A stretch of 64,000 nt of DNA from a virus (Duplodnaviria > Heunggongvirae > Uroviricota > Caudoviricetes), in IMG/VR virus record IMGVR_UViG_3300000553_000021, positions 13,528 to 77,527 of that record, one strand, 5' to 3'. The translations under genes were made by a program, and so were the position numbers. The notes under the pieces were generated by a model that had not been told where the DNA came from, ran no database searches, and worked only from the letters and a program-made list of their open reading frames with translations. How positions within the stretch are numbered: the first letter of the stretch is position 1; every line of letters starts with the position of its first letter. This document shows positions 37,572-47,392 of this stretch, one piece after another.

Positions 37572-37964
37572 ATGAATTTAGAATTATCTTTATTGGAATT
37601 AAATCAGTTGTATTATGCAACTGCTAAGTTAGTGGAACAAAATGAGTCTCACCTAAAGGAATTAGGTAGAAATGTAAGTAGTATTAATTACTTTAAAGCT
37701 GAATTAGACAAATCTATATTGTTGAGAGATAAAATACAAACAGCATTATATGATGAAGCTAAAAAATTAGATGAAGCTATTGAGTATGTAACTAAATTCA
37801 AAGCTGAACAATACGATAAAGAACGTGACTTACTTAAAAGTAATTCACATTATGTAAGTAACGAAGAAGCTGATGAAGATGCTAGAGATTATTCAGCATT
37901 CAATGATTATGCTAATAGTATGAATGAAGCACAAGCCGAAGATAGAAAATTAGGTAACATATAA
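37572..37964 (+). CDS. hypothetical protein
   Basis: ORF track. Confidence 0.45.
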   Translation: MNLELSLLELNQLYYATAKLVEQNESHLKELGRNVSSINYFKAELDKSILLRDKIQTALYDEAKKLDEAIEYVTKFKAEQYDKERDLLKSNSHYVSNEEADEDARDYSAFNDYANSMNEAQAEDRKLGNI

Positions 37965-37974
37965 TAATAACAAT

Positions 37975-38223
37975 ATGGAAAATACAGCAATGAGGTTTCA
38001 CACATTAGATTATAAAAGTAAATTATCTTTGATTAATAGATTATTAAAAATGTATTACTTTGAATTAGACACGACACCTAACGCGGAATATAATTATAGA
38101 GATTTATTAGAAATACGTATTGATAAGATAAAAAAAACACGTTATCTTTTACTAAATGGAACATATAAAACAAAAGTAAAAAATACAGATAATCTTATTA
38201 ATCATTTAAAACATATGAAATAA
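37975..38223 (+). CDS. hypothetical protein
   Basis: ORF track. Confidence 0.4.
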   Translation: MENTAMRFHTLDYKSKLSLINRLLKMYYFELDTTPNAEYNYRDLLEIRIDKIKKTRYLLLNGTYKTKVKNTDNLINHLKHMK

Positions 38224-38224
38224 T

Positions 38225-38905
38225 ATGAGTAGATCAAAATATTACATAGCTACAATCCCAATGAAAAATGAGGAGCAAGTTATGGAAATCAAAAAGGTAT
38301 TAGAACAAATCTTTGGTTGGGTAGTATTGAAAGGTAGACATAGTGATAGAAAATCAGTATTAAAGAATTGGGCAAAGAGTAAACAAAATGATGTACCTTG
38401 GAGATTAGCTGAATACATTGATATTTACTTACACCCAAAAAATCCAAACTATACTAATAAAGCAGGTATCAAAAGACAGAATATGGATTTAGCTACTATG
38501 AGTGTTGTTACTGCTCGTATATTGGGTAGAATGAAATTGAGTTTAGCAGATGGACACTATAATAAACTACAAAGTAAAAAGAATCCTGCTTTCCAAGCTA
38601 TATCTAATTCTTTGTATGGAAATGGACAAAAAGTTGTAGTGACAAAAACACCAAAAAACTCACCACATTCGGGTAAACCTTACGGACAAGTTGCTAAACA
38701 AATATGGCAGTTTATGAATAATAGACCTGATGCAACTTATACTGAAATGAAAACATTTTATGATGTTGATATTAGAGGTAATAGTGGTATCATTGAGGGT
38801 GGTAGTTTTGTTCATCACTTACAATCATTAAGAAACCCATCCACAAAAAGAGGTTGGTATTTAGCTAAACAATTAAACGGCAAGTATGCATTGAGGGGTT
38901 GTTAA
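38225..38905 (+). CDS. hypothetical protein
   Basis: ORF track 226 aa. Confidence 0.5.
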   Translation: MSRSKYYIATIPMKNEEQVMEIKKVLEQIFGWVVLKGRHSDRKSVLKNWAKSKQNDVPWRLAEYIDIYLHPKNPNYTNKAGIKRQNMDLATMSVVTARILGRMKLSLADGHYNKLQSKKNPAFQAISNSLYGNGQKVVVTKTPKNSPHSGKPYGQVAKQIWQFMNNRPDATYTEMKTFYDVDIRGNSGIIEGGSFVHHLQSLRNPSTKRGWYLAKQLNGKYALRGC

Positions 38906-38906
38906 T

Positions 38907-39116
38907 ATGAAAACATTTGTAGCAATTTACTTTATATTAATGCTCCCTATGGTAATACAAACTCATAACTTAATGAAGCTTGGTATAGATGAAAGAATAA
39001 GAAATAGTGTTAGATATAACTTTAGAGTATTCATACGATTAATATTCTATATGCCGCGGTGGTGGTGGTTATTCTTTATAGACTTAACAAATAAATTTAA
39101 AAATAAAAACAAATAA
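38907..39116 (+). CDS. small membrane protein
   Basis: hydrophobic N-terminus. Confidence 0.35.
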   Translation: MKTFVAIYFILMLPMVIQTHNLMKLGIDERIRNSVRYNFRVFIRLIFYMPRWWWLFFIDLTNKFKNKNK

Positions 39117-39117
39117 T

Positions 39118-39339
39118 ATGGCAATTTACAATAACGATATTGACCCAAATGTATTAATGTGGGAACAATTAGAAGCAGAACGTATAGCAACAATGAGTGA
39201 CCCCAACTTTCAAAAATGGGTGCAAGAATTACATGTTTCTCAATCATATGAGGACCCAACATTAAAACATAACGCATTGGATATGATGAACCAATACGAT
39301 AGTAAAAATTATTCTAAATTAAACTTTAACATTAACTAA
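39118..39339 (+). CDS. hypothetical protein
   Basis: ORF track. Confidence 0.4.
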   Translation: MAIYNNDIDPNVLMWEQLEAERIATMSDPNFQKWVQELHVSQSYEDPTLKHNALDMMNQYDSKNYSKLNFNIN

Positions 39340-39340
39340 T

Positions 39341-39745
39341 ATGAACTTAATCGAATCAATAGAAAAATCAAAATGGATGTCAATAGCAGGTTATCATAAA
39401 GAAGCCTTGGACAAAGTAAATGAAGCATTATCATATCTTAATGAGAAAGATATAGCCGGTGAAACACATGTTAAAGTTTATACTCCTGTTTGGGGTGAGG
39501 CTATTATGACAAAGTATGGTAAAGCAAAACGTGTTGACCGATACGATAAGGTAGAAACAAAAACAATAGAGTTTTGGAAAGATCGTTTCTATGATTTATT
39601 ATTGTTATTCACACAAAGATATAATCGTAAGATGGGTATCAAACCAAAGAAAGAAAAACCATTTAAAAAACATGGTATTGAAACTTATATGAATACAGCA
39701 TCGTTTGGTAGTGCCGGACCTGCATATAGAAACCATTTAGACTAA
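39341..39745 (+). CDS. hypothetical protein
   Basis: ORF track. Confidence 0.45.
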   Translation: MNLIESIEKSKWMSIAGYHKEALDKVNEALSYLNEKDIAGETHVKVYTPVWGEAIMTKYGKAKRVDRYDKVETKTIEFWKDRFYDLLLLFTQRYNRKMGIKPKKEKPFKKHGIETYMNTASFGSAGPAYRNHLD

Positions 39746-39900
39746 TGAAAACATATTACGATATAACCATAGTGACAAAGTTAGGTGATAAGGTGAATAT
39801 AAACAAATTATCCTATTCACACATTACACAGCTAACCACTAATGAGGATATAGAAACAATAATAATAAACAAAGAATATTCAAAGAAAATAAAAAAATAA
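39745..39900 (+). CDS. small hypothetical protein (51 aa)
   Basis: TAATG stop-start overlap with upstream gene; fills the gap before 39905. Confidence 0.3.
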   Translation: MKTYYDITIVTKLGDKVNINKLSYSHITQLTTNEDIETIIINKEYSKKIKK

Positions 39901-39904
39901 AATT

Positions 39905-40159
39905 ATGAGTTACGTTAGTATAGACATTGATATTGATGACATTATGTATTCGTTATCTAGACGTGAAAAACAAGAATTAGTTGATGAACTTTATGAAGAT
40001 GGGTATTGCCCAAAAGCATTAGAGGGAACACTAAAGGATGATGAAATACAATATCCAAAAGATTTCGATTTACAAGTCAAAAAGTTAATCGGTAATAGTT
40101 GGAAGTTATCCAAAGAGGATGAGGAAACAATATTAAGAATAGCAAATAAATTAGTATAG
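39905..40159 (+). CDS. hypothetical protein
   Basis: ORF track. Confidence 0.4.
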   Translation: MSYVSIDIDIDDIMYSLSRREKQELVDELYEDGYCPKALEGTLKDDEIQYPKDFDLQVKKLIGNSWKLSKEDEETILRIANKLV

Positions 40160-40160
40160 T

Positions 40161-40499
40161 ATGAAAATCAAATCACATTTTCCTCCATTTTGTTTTGAAA
40201 GTCCGGTGACTGGAAAGAAATGGATAGTATGTACCGGTAAAGGTGCAGAATGGATAGAAGTAAACCGATGGTATGGGTGGACAGAGTTGGAAGGTATGTG
40301 GGATAAGATTGTGTATGGACATGAAAAGACATGGGAAACCAAAAGTGACAAGAAAGAATACAAAGTTAAAGGTAGTAAAGATAATGTGTATAAGGTAGTT
40401 AATGATGGTGGTATTTGGACTTGTAGTTGTCCCGCACATGGTTTCGGTAGAGGTAAAGATTGTAAACATATTATTCAAATAAAAAGTAAAAAGAAATAA
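40161..40499 (+). CDS. SWIM zinc-finger protein
   Basis: C-terminal WTCSCPAHGFGRGKDCKHIIQ = CxCx(n)CxH SWIM signature. Confidence 0.5.
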   Translation: MKIKSHFPPFCFESPVTGKKWIVCTGKGAEWIEVNRWYGWTELEGMWDKIVYGHEKTWETKSDKKEYKVKGSKDNVYKVVNDGGIWTCSCPAHGFGRGKDCKHIIQIKSKKK

Positions 40500-40500
40500 A

Positions 40501-40650
40501 ATGAGTAACGAAAAAATTGAAGTAAACATCTATTATTACATAGATGAAGATGGAAAAAAAGTATATGACTTTGAACAAATGACTGATGAGTTTGAACAAA
40601 AGTTATCGGAATTGGATGATAGTGTAGTAGTAATCGTATCAGTTGAATAA
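40501..40650 (+). CDS. small acidic protein (49 aa)
   Basis: ATG directly after upstream stop; not in ORF track. Confidence 0.3.
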   Translation: MSNEKIEVNIYYYIDEDGKKVYDFEQMTDEFEQKLSELDDSVVVIVSVE

Positions 40651-40666
40651 TTAAAACAAATTAAAG

Positions 40667-40828
40667 ATGGAGCAAAAAGAAAGTAATTCAAACAAACACT
40701 TTAGAATAAGTGTATTAAAATCTGGTGTTAGAATGTTCGGTTGTGTATTCTTAATGTATGGTAGTTTATTCACAGCAGGATGTTTATTATTTATTGCCGA
40801 ATGTTTCGGAGTAATTGAAGAACTATAA
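40667..40828 (+). CDS. small membrane protein (53 aa)
   Basis: hydrophobic helices; A-rich TTAAAACAAATTAAAG upstream. Confidence 0.3.
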   Translation: MEQKESNSNKHFRISVLKSGVRMFGCVFLMYGSLFTAGCLLFIAECFGVIEEL

Positions 40829-40839
40829 AATTTAAAACA

Positions 40840-41052
40840 ATGATAAAAGATAAAAAAGAAACAGGTATTGAAATTGATTTAACAGGTCCTAATGGTAATG
40901 CATTTTATCTAATTGGTACAGCAAAGAACTTAGCTAAACAATTAGGATTAGATGGTAAAGCAATTCAATTAGAAATGATGCAAGGTAATTATGAGCATTT
41001 AATAAATGTATTTGATAAACACTTTGGAGAATTTGTAACCTTATATAGATAA
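40840..41052 (+). CDS. hypothetical protein
   Basis: ORF track. Confidence 0.4.
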   Translation: MIKDKKETGIEIDLTGPNGNAFYLIGTAKNLAKQLGLDGKAIQLEMMQGNYEHLINVFDKHFGEFVTLYR

Positions 41053-41138
41053 AATTATGTTAGTAAGAGTAATAGAAATTGGAATGATAACTGGATTTGT
41101 ATTGGCACTATGGGGTGTTGATAGTATTATAAATAAAT

Positions 41139-41543
41139 TTGAAAACAAAAATAAAAAATAATTTTATGGGATTAGATATGTTCGCTTTTTCTACTAAAGC
41201 AAAACCAAAATCGGAAGTAGACTTTGAAACTAAAAACTTTCAACCAGAAGAAATACACTATTGGCGTAAGCACCCTAACTTACATGGTTGGATGCAGGAT
41301 TTATATTATGAGAAAGGTGGTAAGGGAAATGACTTTAATGGTGACTGTGTTGTATTAACATTAGATGATTTAGATTGTTTAGAACATGATTTGAAACAAT
41401 TTGATTTACCTGATACCTCTGGTTTTTTCTTTGGTAATTCATCAAGTGATGATGATGAATTAAAAAATGATTTGGAGTTTGTAGCTAAAGCCAGAGAAGT
41501 AATTGCAAATGGTAAGACAGTTTATTATACAAGTTGGTGGTAA
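41139..41543 (+). CDS. hypothetical protein
   Basis: ORF track. Confidence 0.45.
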   Translation: MKTKIKNNFMGLDMFAFSTKAKPKSEVDFETKNFQPEEIHYWRKHPNLHGWMQDLYYEKGGKGNDFNGDCVVLTLDDLDCLEHDLKQFDLPDTSGFFFGNSSSDDDELKNDLEFVAKAREVIANGKTVYYTSWW

Positions 41544-41689
41544 AATGCAAAGTTATGAAAAAACTAATAAAGAAAACAATTAGACAAATCTTTCATAAAT
41601 TAAAAGAGAAAAAGAAAGAAAAACTTTTAATTAAAAAAATGGAAAGTGATTGGAACGAAAGATTAAAATACATTCAAAGTAAATAAATT

Positions 41690-42052
41690 ATGAGTATACA
41701 AAAAATGAGTAGAAACCCTATAATGTTAGTAGATAAGGTATTTGAAATTCCATTATTTGCCGCTACGGGACAACAATACATATGTACCGAAGTTGCAGAT
41801 TTAGGTGTGGATGCACGTAGTAAAAGATATGGGGTATATTTAAAATGGCTTCCAACATCATATTCAGTACCTGAAGTATTAAGAATGGATATTGAAATAT
41901 TTAGTTCATCTAATAGTTTAATTAATGTAACCTTATATGAAAAAACGGATAATGGTAGTTATGTTGTAACTTGTAATGGAACATTTCTTAGGGATTTAAT
42001 ATCAACACCTAGTAAAATACAAAGATTGATTACTGAACTAATTAACAAATAA
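41690..42052 (+). CDS. hypothetical protein, paralog of 48039..48407
   Basis: Shared MLVDK.F.IP.F.A.T..Y.C..V......YSVPE pattern. Confidence 0.5.
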   Translation: MSIQKMSRNPIMLVDKVFEIPLFAATGQQYICTEVADLGVDARSKRYGVYLKWLPTSYSVPEVLRMDIEIFSSSNSLINVTLYEKTDNGSYVVTCNGTFLRDLISTPSKIQRLITELINK

Positions 42053-42429
42053 TGAAAACAAAAACATACTTTAGTGAGTTTCGTAGTGACATTGCGGTAG
42101 CTATTTTGGGTAAAGATGATTACCGATATGATGTTCTCAAACCTATCTTTGATGAATGTGGTTTTGGATTTACCGAAACATCATCAGCATGTGTATTCAT
42201 TGATGGTGAGATTAAACTAACCAAAGATGAATTGAAGTGGGTTGAGGCACATGAGGTAGCACATATATTATTAAAACATACAAAGGATAGAAACCCTAAC
42301 GATGAAATAGCAGCAGATATGTTTGCAATCATCTTACTAAAAGATAAAGGATATAATAAAGCCGCACAATTAGTAGAGGACAAATTTGAAGAAAGACATA
42401 AACGTAAATATTATGAAACTAACAATTAA
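42052..42429 (+). CDS. ImmA/IrrE-family zinc metallopeptidase (DUF955-like)
   Basis: HEVAHILLKH (HExxH) followed by EIAADMFAIILL (E..A..FA block). Confidence 0.55.
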   Translation: MKTKTYFSEFRSDIAVAILGKDDYRYDVLKPIFDECGFGFTETSSACVFIDGEIKLTKDELKWVEAHEVAHILLKHTKDRNPNDEIAADMFAIILLKDKGYNKAAQLVEDKFEERHKRKYYETNN

Positions 42430-42721
42430 TAACTTTAAGAAACTTAAAGAACAAAGATGGGATGAACAAAACTATATTGAAAGTATTACTGAAAAAGTTG
42501 ACCGTTATGAAATTAGTGTATGGAGAGACCATATGCGACAATATATTATGTTAGAAAGAAAGCCAGTAGAAAATGGTTATTACATAATTGGTAAATGGAG
42601 TAACGAAGCACATTGTGTAAGATATCCATATTGGATAAAGCATGAGGATATAGTGGATATTACAAAACTGATGGATAAACTTAAATTAATGACAGATAGT
42701 TGGTCACCTAAATTATTATAA
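42413..42721 (+). CDS. MLTIKNI-family small protein (divergent member, MKLTINN start)
   Basis: ORF track 42386..42721; internal ATG 42413 gives MKLTINNFKKL...RYEISVW...GYYIIGKWS matching family blocks. Confidence 0.4.
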   Translation: MKLTINNFKKLKEQRWDEQNYIESITEKVDRYEISVWRDHMRQYIMLERKPVENGYYIIGKWSNEAHCVRYPYWIKHEDIVDITKLMDKLKLMTDSWSPKLL

Positions 42722-42722
42722 A

Positions 42723-43301
42723 ATGAAAAAATTATTAGTGGGGTTATTATTATTTGCAACATTTAGTTGTAACGGACAAAATTTAGATACATCCTTAACA
42801 AAAGAGGACAGTATGAATGTAAAGAATGTTCAAATGGCAGTGTGGTCGTTACCATTTAAACATAAAGATATTATAGTAGCACAGGCGATATTAGAGAGTG
42901 GGTGGTTTAAATCCCGTAATTGTGTTAATAACAATAACCTATTCGGAATGAGGCGGGCATACACCAGAATGACAACAAGTGATACTACATTAAACGGATA
43001 TGCACACTACGCAAATTGGAGAATGAGTGTTATTGATTATTATTTATTACAATCAACACGAGAAAGTATTATACCATCCAGTAGAGCACAATACTTTAGA
43101 TATTTGGACAAAGTATATAGTGAAGTTGGTAGGAATTATAGTGACCAATTAAAGGATATATTAAGTAGATTGAATTTAGAAACGGATGAACCAAAGGTAG
43201 AACCAAAAGTAATTAAACATAAAACTATTAAACATGCAAAAGCCAGTAAACTTTCAAAAGGTAGACAACGAAATATTAAAAATAAAAAGTCAGAGTATTA
43301 G
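42723..43301 (+). CDS. secreted peptidoglycan hydrolase (glucosaminidase/FlgJ-type domain), lysin-like
   Basis: Signal/lipobox MKKLLVGLLLFATFSC; VAQAILESGWFKSRNCVNNNNLFGMR matches the glucosaminidase AQAxLESGWG...NNLFGIK block. Confidence 0.55.
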   Translation: MKKLLVGLLLFATFSCNGQNLDTSLTKEDSMNVKNVQMAVWSLPFKHKDIIVAQAILESGWFKSRNCVNNNNLFGMRRAYTRMTTSDTTLNGYAHYANWRMSVIDYYLLQSTRESIIPSSRAQYFRYLDKVYSEVGRNYSDQLKDILSRLNLETDEPKVEPKVIKHKTIKHAKASKLSKGRQRNIKNKKSEY

Positions 43302-43776
43302 AATAGATGTATGTAATTCACCTGAAGGATTTTTTGTATTCCAAGATAATGGAGGACCTGCCCAAACGTGGAACAATGCCGTTCTATTTGAAATGGATTG
43401 GGCAAATGATAAATACAATGTTAAAATATGTGCTTTAGGTGAGGGAGTTGATGGTTGGTATATACATGAAAACTTACCAATACCAAAATCATATATGAAA
43501 ACATTAAGTTTATTCAAAGAGTTTGTTCATGATAATATGTTGGATGTAGCATCGAAAGTATCTTTACACAAAATAGAACCTAATACAATGGGACTAACTG
43601 AATTAGATGCGGTTGAAATATCACATACAGTCGCAAGTAGTTCAGGTCCGACATCGTATGTAGTGACAGAAAATGTTGGTGGGTTAGCTGGGTTATGGAG
43701 TTGTACTTGTCCTGCATATCAGTATAGTAAATCATTACCACAAACTTGTAAACATATTAAACAATTAAATCCGTAG
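43234..43776 (+). CDS. SWIM zinc-finger protein
   Basis: C-terminal WSCTCPAYQYSKSLPQTCKHIKQL; start uncertain (overlaps upstream gene by 68 nt). Confidence 0.45.
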   Translation: MQKPVNFQKVDNEILKIKSQSIRIDVCNSPEGFFVFQDNGGPAQTWNNAVLFEMDWANDKYNVKICALGEGVDGWYIHENLPIPKSYMKTLSLFKEFVHDNMLDVASKVSLHKIEPNTMGLTELDAVEISHTVASSSGPTSYVVTENVGGLAGLWSCTCPAYQYSKSLPQTCKHIKQLNP

Positions 43777-43779
43777 TAT

Positions 43780-44088
43780 ATGATAACAATTGCAAATATA
43801 AGATCAGAGTTAATGCATATGCAAATATATGATGGGATTTATATAGATGATATTATAGAAAAGAAAAAAAATGGTTATAATATATATCATATATGTTTAA
43901 GAAATCATGAGGGTGCAACATACAACATTTTCTTTTATAGAGAATTGGGACAGGGTGGTATACCTACAAAATATCTATTTGGTTGTCCTGAAGCAGAATT
44001 GGGTGAGTATTTAAGTGAGGATGAAGTAAAAGCAAAGGGTATGGTGATATACACATTTACCAAATTAATTAAATCAGCAAGAGGATAA
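43780..44088 (+). CDS. MLTIKNI-family small protein
   Basis: MITIANIRSEL...YNIYHICLRNHEG...TYNIFFYRE. Confidence 0.5.
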   Translation: MITIANIRSELMHMQIYDGIYIDDIIEKKKNGYNIYHICLRNHEGATYNIFFYRELGQGGIPTKYLFGCPEAELGEYLSEDEVKAKGMVIYTFTKLIKSARG

Positions 44089-44089
44089 T

Positions 44090-44449
44090 ATGTTACACAT
44101 TAAAAACTATTCAAAAATAATAGGTGACTTTATTGAATATAAAGAATATACATTAGGTATCGAATCTATAACACAAATGGCAGACAGCTATCATATATTA
44201 GTTTACTTAAATCGTGATGGAGTAAAAGAGGACTATATCGGTATGGAATTGACACGAACTAAAAAAGCAAAGTATAGATACCAATTATATCAAACACATA
44301 TGCATCATAATAATACCGCAGTGACATTAGATTGTATCCAGAATTTAGATTGGTTTGGGTATATAATATGTAAAATGGCAGGTAATGGTAATTGGCAGAT
44401 GAATATACCAGCATGGTCACAAAATAACCCTAGTAAAAAAATAAATTAA
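44090..44449 (+). CDS. MLTIKNI-family small protein
   Basis: MLHIKNYSKIIG...SYHILVYLNRDG...YRYQLYQTH. Confidence 0.5.
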   Translation: MLHIKNYSKIIGDFIEYKEYTLGIESITQMADSYHILVYLNRDGVKEDYIGMELTRTKKAKYRYQLYQTHMHHNNTAVTLDCIQNLDWFGYIICKMAGNGNWQMNIPAWSQNNPSKKIN

Positions 44450-44455
44450 AACACA

Positions 44456-44725
44456 ATGAAAACATTTAATGATTTAGAATTTGTACCACACTTAATGGGT
44501 GTAGGTATTATGAGCCGTATTACATTTGATAATGGATATGGTGCATCAGTAGTTAAAACACCTTACACTTATGGTGGTGATAAGGATTTGTATGAATTGG
44601 CAGTATTAGATAACGATGGTAATTTAACATATGAAACACCTGTTACGGATGATGTTATAGGTTATTTAAGACCTATGGATGTAACGGACGTAATGGAAAA
44701 AATACAGCAACTACCTAAGATATAG
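44456..44725 (+). CDS. hypothetical protein
   Basis: ORF track. Confidence 0.4.
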   Translation: MKTFNDLEFVPHLMGVGIMSRITFDNGYGASVVKTPYTYGGDKDLYELAVLDNDGNLTYETPVTDDVIGYLRPMDVTDVMEKIQQLPKI

Positions 44726-44750
44726 TAAAAAATCTTAATATGTTGGGTAT

Positions 44751-44806
44751 ATTTCATAACTCATTGATTATCAGCAAGTTATAACTAGTTGGTATTCAAT
44801 GGGTTA
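44751..44806 (+). repeat. module repeat TTTCATAACTCATTGATTATCAGCAAGTTATAACTAGTTGGTATTCAATGGG
   Basis: Near-identical to 36398-36441; a second degenerate copy AACTCGTTGATACTCAATAA at 44821-44843. Confidence 0.7.
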
Positions 44807-44869
44807 TAATTGTTTGACGTAACTCGTTGATACTCAATAAAAACTTTTAAAAATAGTTACCTAAATGCA

Positions 44870-44899
44870 TTGCCACGTCGCAAAAAAGTCGTAATTTAG
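44870..44899 (+). promoter_or_regulatory. promoter (-33 TTG 44870-72; -7 TAATTTAG 44892-99)
   Basis: Conserved with 36541-36570; 19-nt spacing. Confidence 0.5.
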
Positions 44900-44946
44900 A
44901 CTATTACCGACAGGATAGGGTACAATACATAACAAAAATTTATAAT

Positions 44947-45297
44947 ATGAGAGTAATTGATGAAAAAGCAATAGAGTATCTTAAAGGCAATCCTATTGTT
45001 GCCGCATTTATTGATGAAGTTAATGATAAACGATTTAAGTATTACACAAACGCAAGTATGCCTGACCAATATCAAGATGTGATACCTGAAATTGGTAACA
45101 AATACATTCGTTTATGGTGTGGTAGTAGTTGTTGGGGATTTATTAGTAGAGTGGATGGTGACTTAAAAGGTGCACCGATTAAGAAAGGTGATTTGTTAAA
45201 AGCCGCAACTTGGAAAGCACCTGCAAAACATAGTAGAGGTAACATTATAGATGGTACTGCTCAATGGGGTGAATATGGACCTTCTTATATTAAATAA
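44947..45297 (+). CDS. hypothetical protein
   Basis: ORF track; first gene after module. Confidence 0.5.
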   Translation: MRVIDEKAIEYLKGNPIVAAFIDEVNDKRFKYYTNASMPDQYQDVIPEIGNKYIRLWCGSSCWGFISRVDGDLKGAPIKKGDLLKAATWKAPAKHSRGNIIDGTAQWGEYGPSYIK

Positions 45298-45315
45298 TAA
45301 AACAAATAATAAGTT

Positions 45316-45969
45316 ATGAAATTAACACTAAATAAAGGTCAGAAGTTATGGTTTACAAGTGACACACATTATAACCACGCTAACATTTGTAGTTCAACAA
45401 CAAAGTGGACAGACCCGGTGACTTGTAGAGAGTTCAATACATTAGAACATATGAACGCACATTTAGTTGGTAATATAAATGAAGTAGTTGGACAAGATGA
45501 TATTTTATTTCATTTGGGAGATTGGAGCTTCGGTGGGTTTGAACAAATACAAAAGTTTAGAGACCAAATTGTATGTAAGAATGTTCACCTTATATTGGGT
45601 AATCACGACCACCACATTGAAAACAATAGATTTGATTGCCAAAACTTATTTAGTTCAGTAAACAAATATTTGGACTTGACTGTAAAATGGAATGTGGGTA
45701 CGCCGTTTAGTGGTGAACATAAATTTATATTAATGCACTTTCCAATTGCAAGTTGGGATAATATGGCAAGAGGTTCAATTCATTTGCACGGACACGTTCA
45801 CTTTACTGCCGATAAAAGAATTGGTTTAGGTAAAATGATGGATGTAGGTTGTGATGGTAACAATTTATATCCAATTGAAATGAGTGAAGTATTTAAGTTG
45901 TTGAGAAACCAACCAATCAAAAGTTTATTTGAATTTGACCATCATGAAATTGTAGAAAACTATAAATAA
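45316..45969 (+). CDS. calcineurin-like metallophosphoesterase
   Basis: SDTHY (DxH), LGDWSF (GD), LGNHDHH (GNHD), HGHVHF (GHxH). Confidence 0.65.
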   Translation: MKLTLNKGQKLWFTSDTHYNHANICSSTTKWTDPVTCREFNTLEHMNAHLVGNINEVVGQDDILFHLGDWSFGGFEQIQKFRDQIVCKNVHLILGNHDHHIENNRFDCQNLFSSVNKYLDLTVKWNVGTPFSGEHKFILMHFPIASWDNMARGSIHLHGHVHFTADKRIGLGKMMDVGCDGNNLYPIEMSEVFKLLRNQPIKSLFEFDHHEIVENYK

Positions 45970-45975
45970 TATAAT

Positions 45976-46287
45976 ATGCTAACAATAAATAATATAGATG
46001 GTATAGTAGGACTCTCTGCAAATGGTAACCGAATAAACGGATTTAGATTAGATAATAACAATTTGATATCTGGAAATCATTATGTGTTTGTAATGAAACA
46101 AAATTACAATAGTAGAAAGATTGAAGTGTGGTTAAATAGAAACCGAAATGAATTGGGTAAATATCAAATGTTTGTTATGGGTTGGAAAAGTGGAACAATT
46201 ATTGAAGTGACACCAAATCAATTAAAAGATGCCGTTGAAGGTGCCGTATGTGTTAGAGACTGTTTACAATTATTAGATAAATGCTAA
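45976..46287 (+). CDS. MLTIKNI-family small protein
   Basis: MLTINNIDGIVG...HYVFVM...IEVWLNRNR...GKYQMFVMG. Confidence 0.5.
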   Translation: MLTINNIDGIVGLSANGNRINGFRLDNNNLISGNHYVFVMKQNYNSRKIEVWLNRNRNELGKYQMFVMGWKSGTIIEVTPNQLKDAVEGAVCVRDCLQLLDKC

Positions 46288-46297
46288 AATATAAAAT

Positions 46298-47392
46298 ATG
46301 AAATTAGAAACGATTTACAAAAAGACAAAGACTGGTGCAACGCAAGAGTGGACAATTGAAGTAGTGGGTAATAAATACCGAACTCATAGTGGACAAGTTG
46401 GTGGACAAATTACAACGAATGAATGGACAATCGTTTATGGTAAGAATGAGGGTAAGTTAAATGAAACTACCGATAAGGAGCAAGCAATGAAAGAAGCGGT
46501 AGCTAAACGAACAAAGAAGTTAGAGAGTGGTTACTTTGAGAATGTTAAAGATATTAATAAGCAACAATACTTTGAACCTATGTTAGCTGCTAAATGGGAA
46601 GATTGTAAAGATAAGGTTACATATCCTATTTACTCTCAACCAAAGTTAGATGGTATTCGTTGTATAGTGACACGACATGGTATGTTTAGTAGAAATGGTA
46701 AACCAATCATTTCAGCTCCACATATTTTCAAAGCATTAGTTCCACTATTTGAGGAAACGCCTGATTTGATATTTGATGGTGAGTTATATGCTGATAAGTT
46801 TGCTAATGATTTCAATAAAATTGTATCGTTAGTTAAGAAAACAAAACCAACGGATAAGGACTTAAAAGAAAGTAAAAAGAATATTCAGTATCACATTTAC
46901 GATTTACCAAGTGTTGATGATACATTTAAGGTTAGATATTCAACATTATGTTCATTGAGATTACCAAAAGAATGTATTGTAGTAAAAACACATTTGGCCA
47001 AAAATGAAGATATTGTAATGGAACGATATGGTGAATATGTAGAAGCAGGTTACGAAGGACAGATGTTAAGAATAGATGGTTTGTATGAAAACAAACGAAG
47101 TAAGAACTTATTAAAACACAAATCGTTTGTTGATGATGAATATACTATTTTAGATATTGTAGAGGGTGAGGGAAACCGAACTGGAACTGCTGGGTATATG
47201 GTATTTGAGACAGAGGATGGTAAACGCTTCAAATCAAATGTAAAAGGAACTTGGGATGAAACTGCTGAAATGCTTAAAAGTAAAAAGAAACTAATAGGTA
47301 AACAAGCAACGATTAAGTATTTTAACTTAACGCCAGATGGAATACCTCGTTTCCCTTATGTAATTAATATAGATAGAGAAAGTTATGAATAG
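46298..47392 (+). CDS. lig: ATP-dependent DNA ligase
   Basis: Motif I SQPKLDGIRC (KxDG), III LIFDGELYA, IV YEGQMLRID, V NLLKHKS. Confidence 0.8.
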   Translation: MKLETIYKKTKTGATQEWTIEVVGNKYRTHSGQVGGQITTNEWTIVYGKNEGKLNETTDKEQAMKEAVAKRTKKLESGYFENVKDINKQQYFEPMLAAKWEDCKDKVTYPIYSQPKLDGIRCIVTRHGMFSRNGKPIISAPHIFKALVPLFEETPDLIFDGELYADKFANDFNKIVSLVKKTKPTDKDLKESKKNIQYHIYDLPSVDDTFKVRYSTLCSLRLPKECIVVKTHLAKNEDIVMERYGEYVEAGYEGQMLRIDGLYENKRSKNLLKHKSFVDDEYTILDIVEGEGNRTGTAGYMVFETEDGKRFKSNVKGTWDETAEMLKSKKKLIGKQATIKYFNLTPDGIPRFPYVINIDRESYE

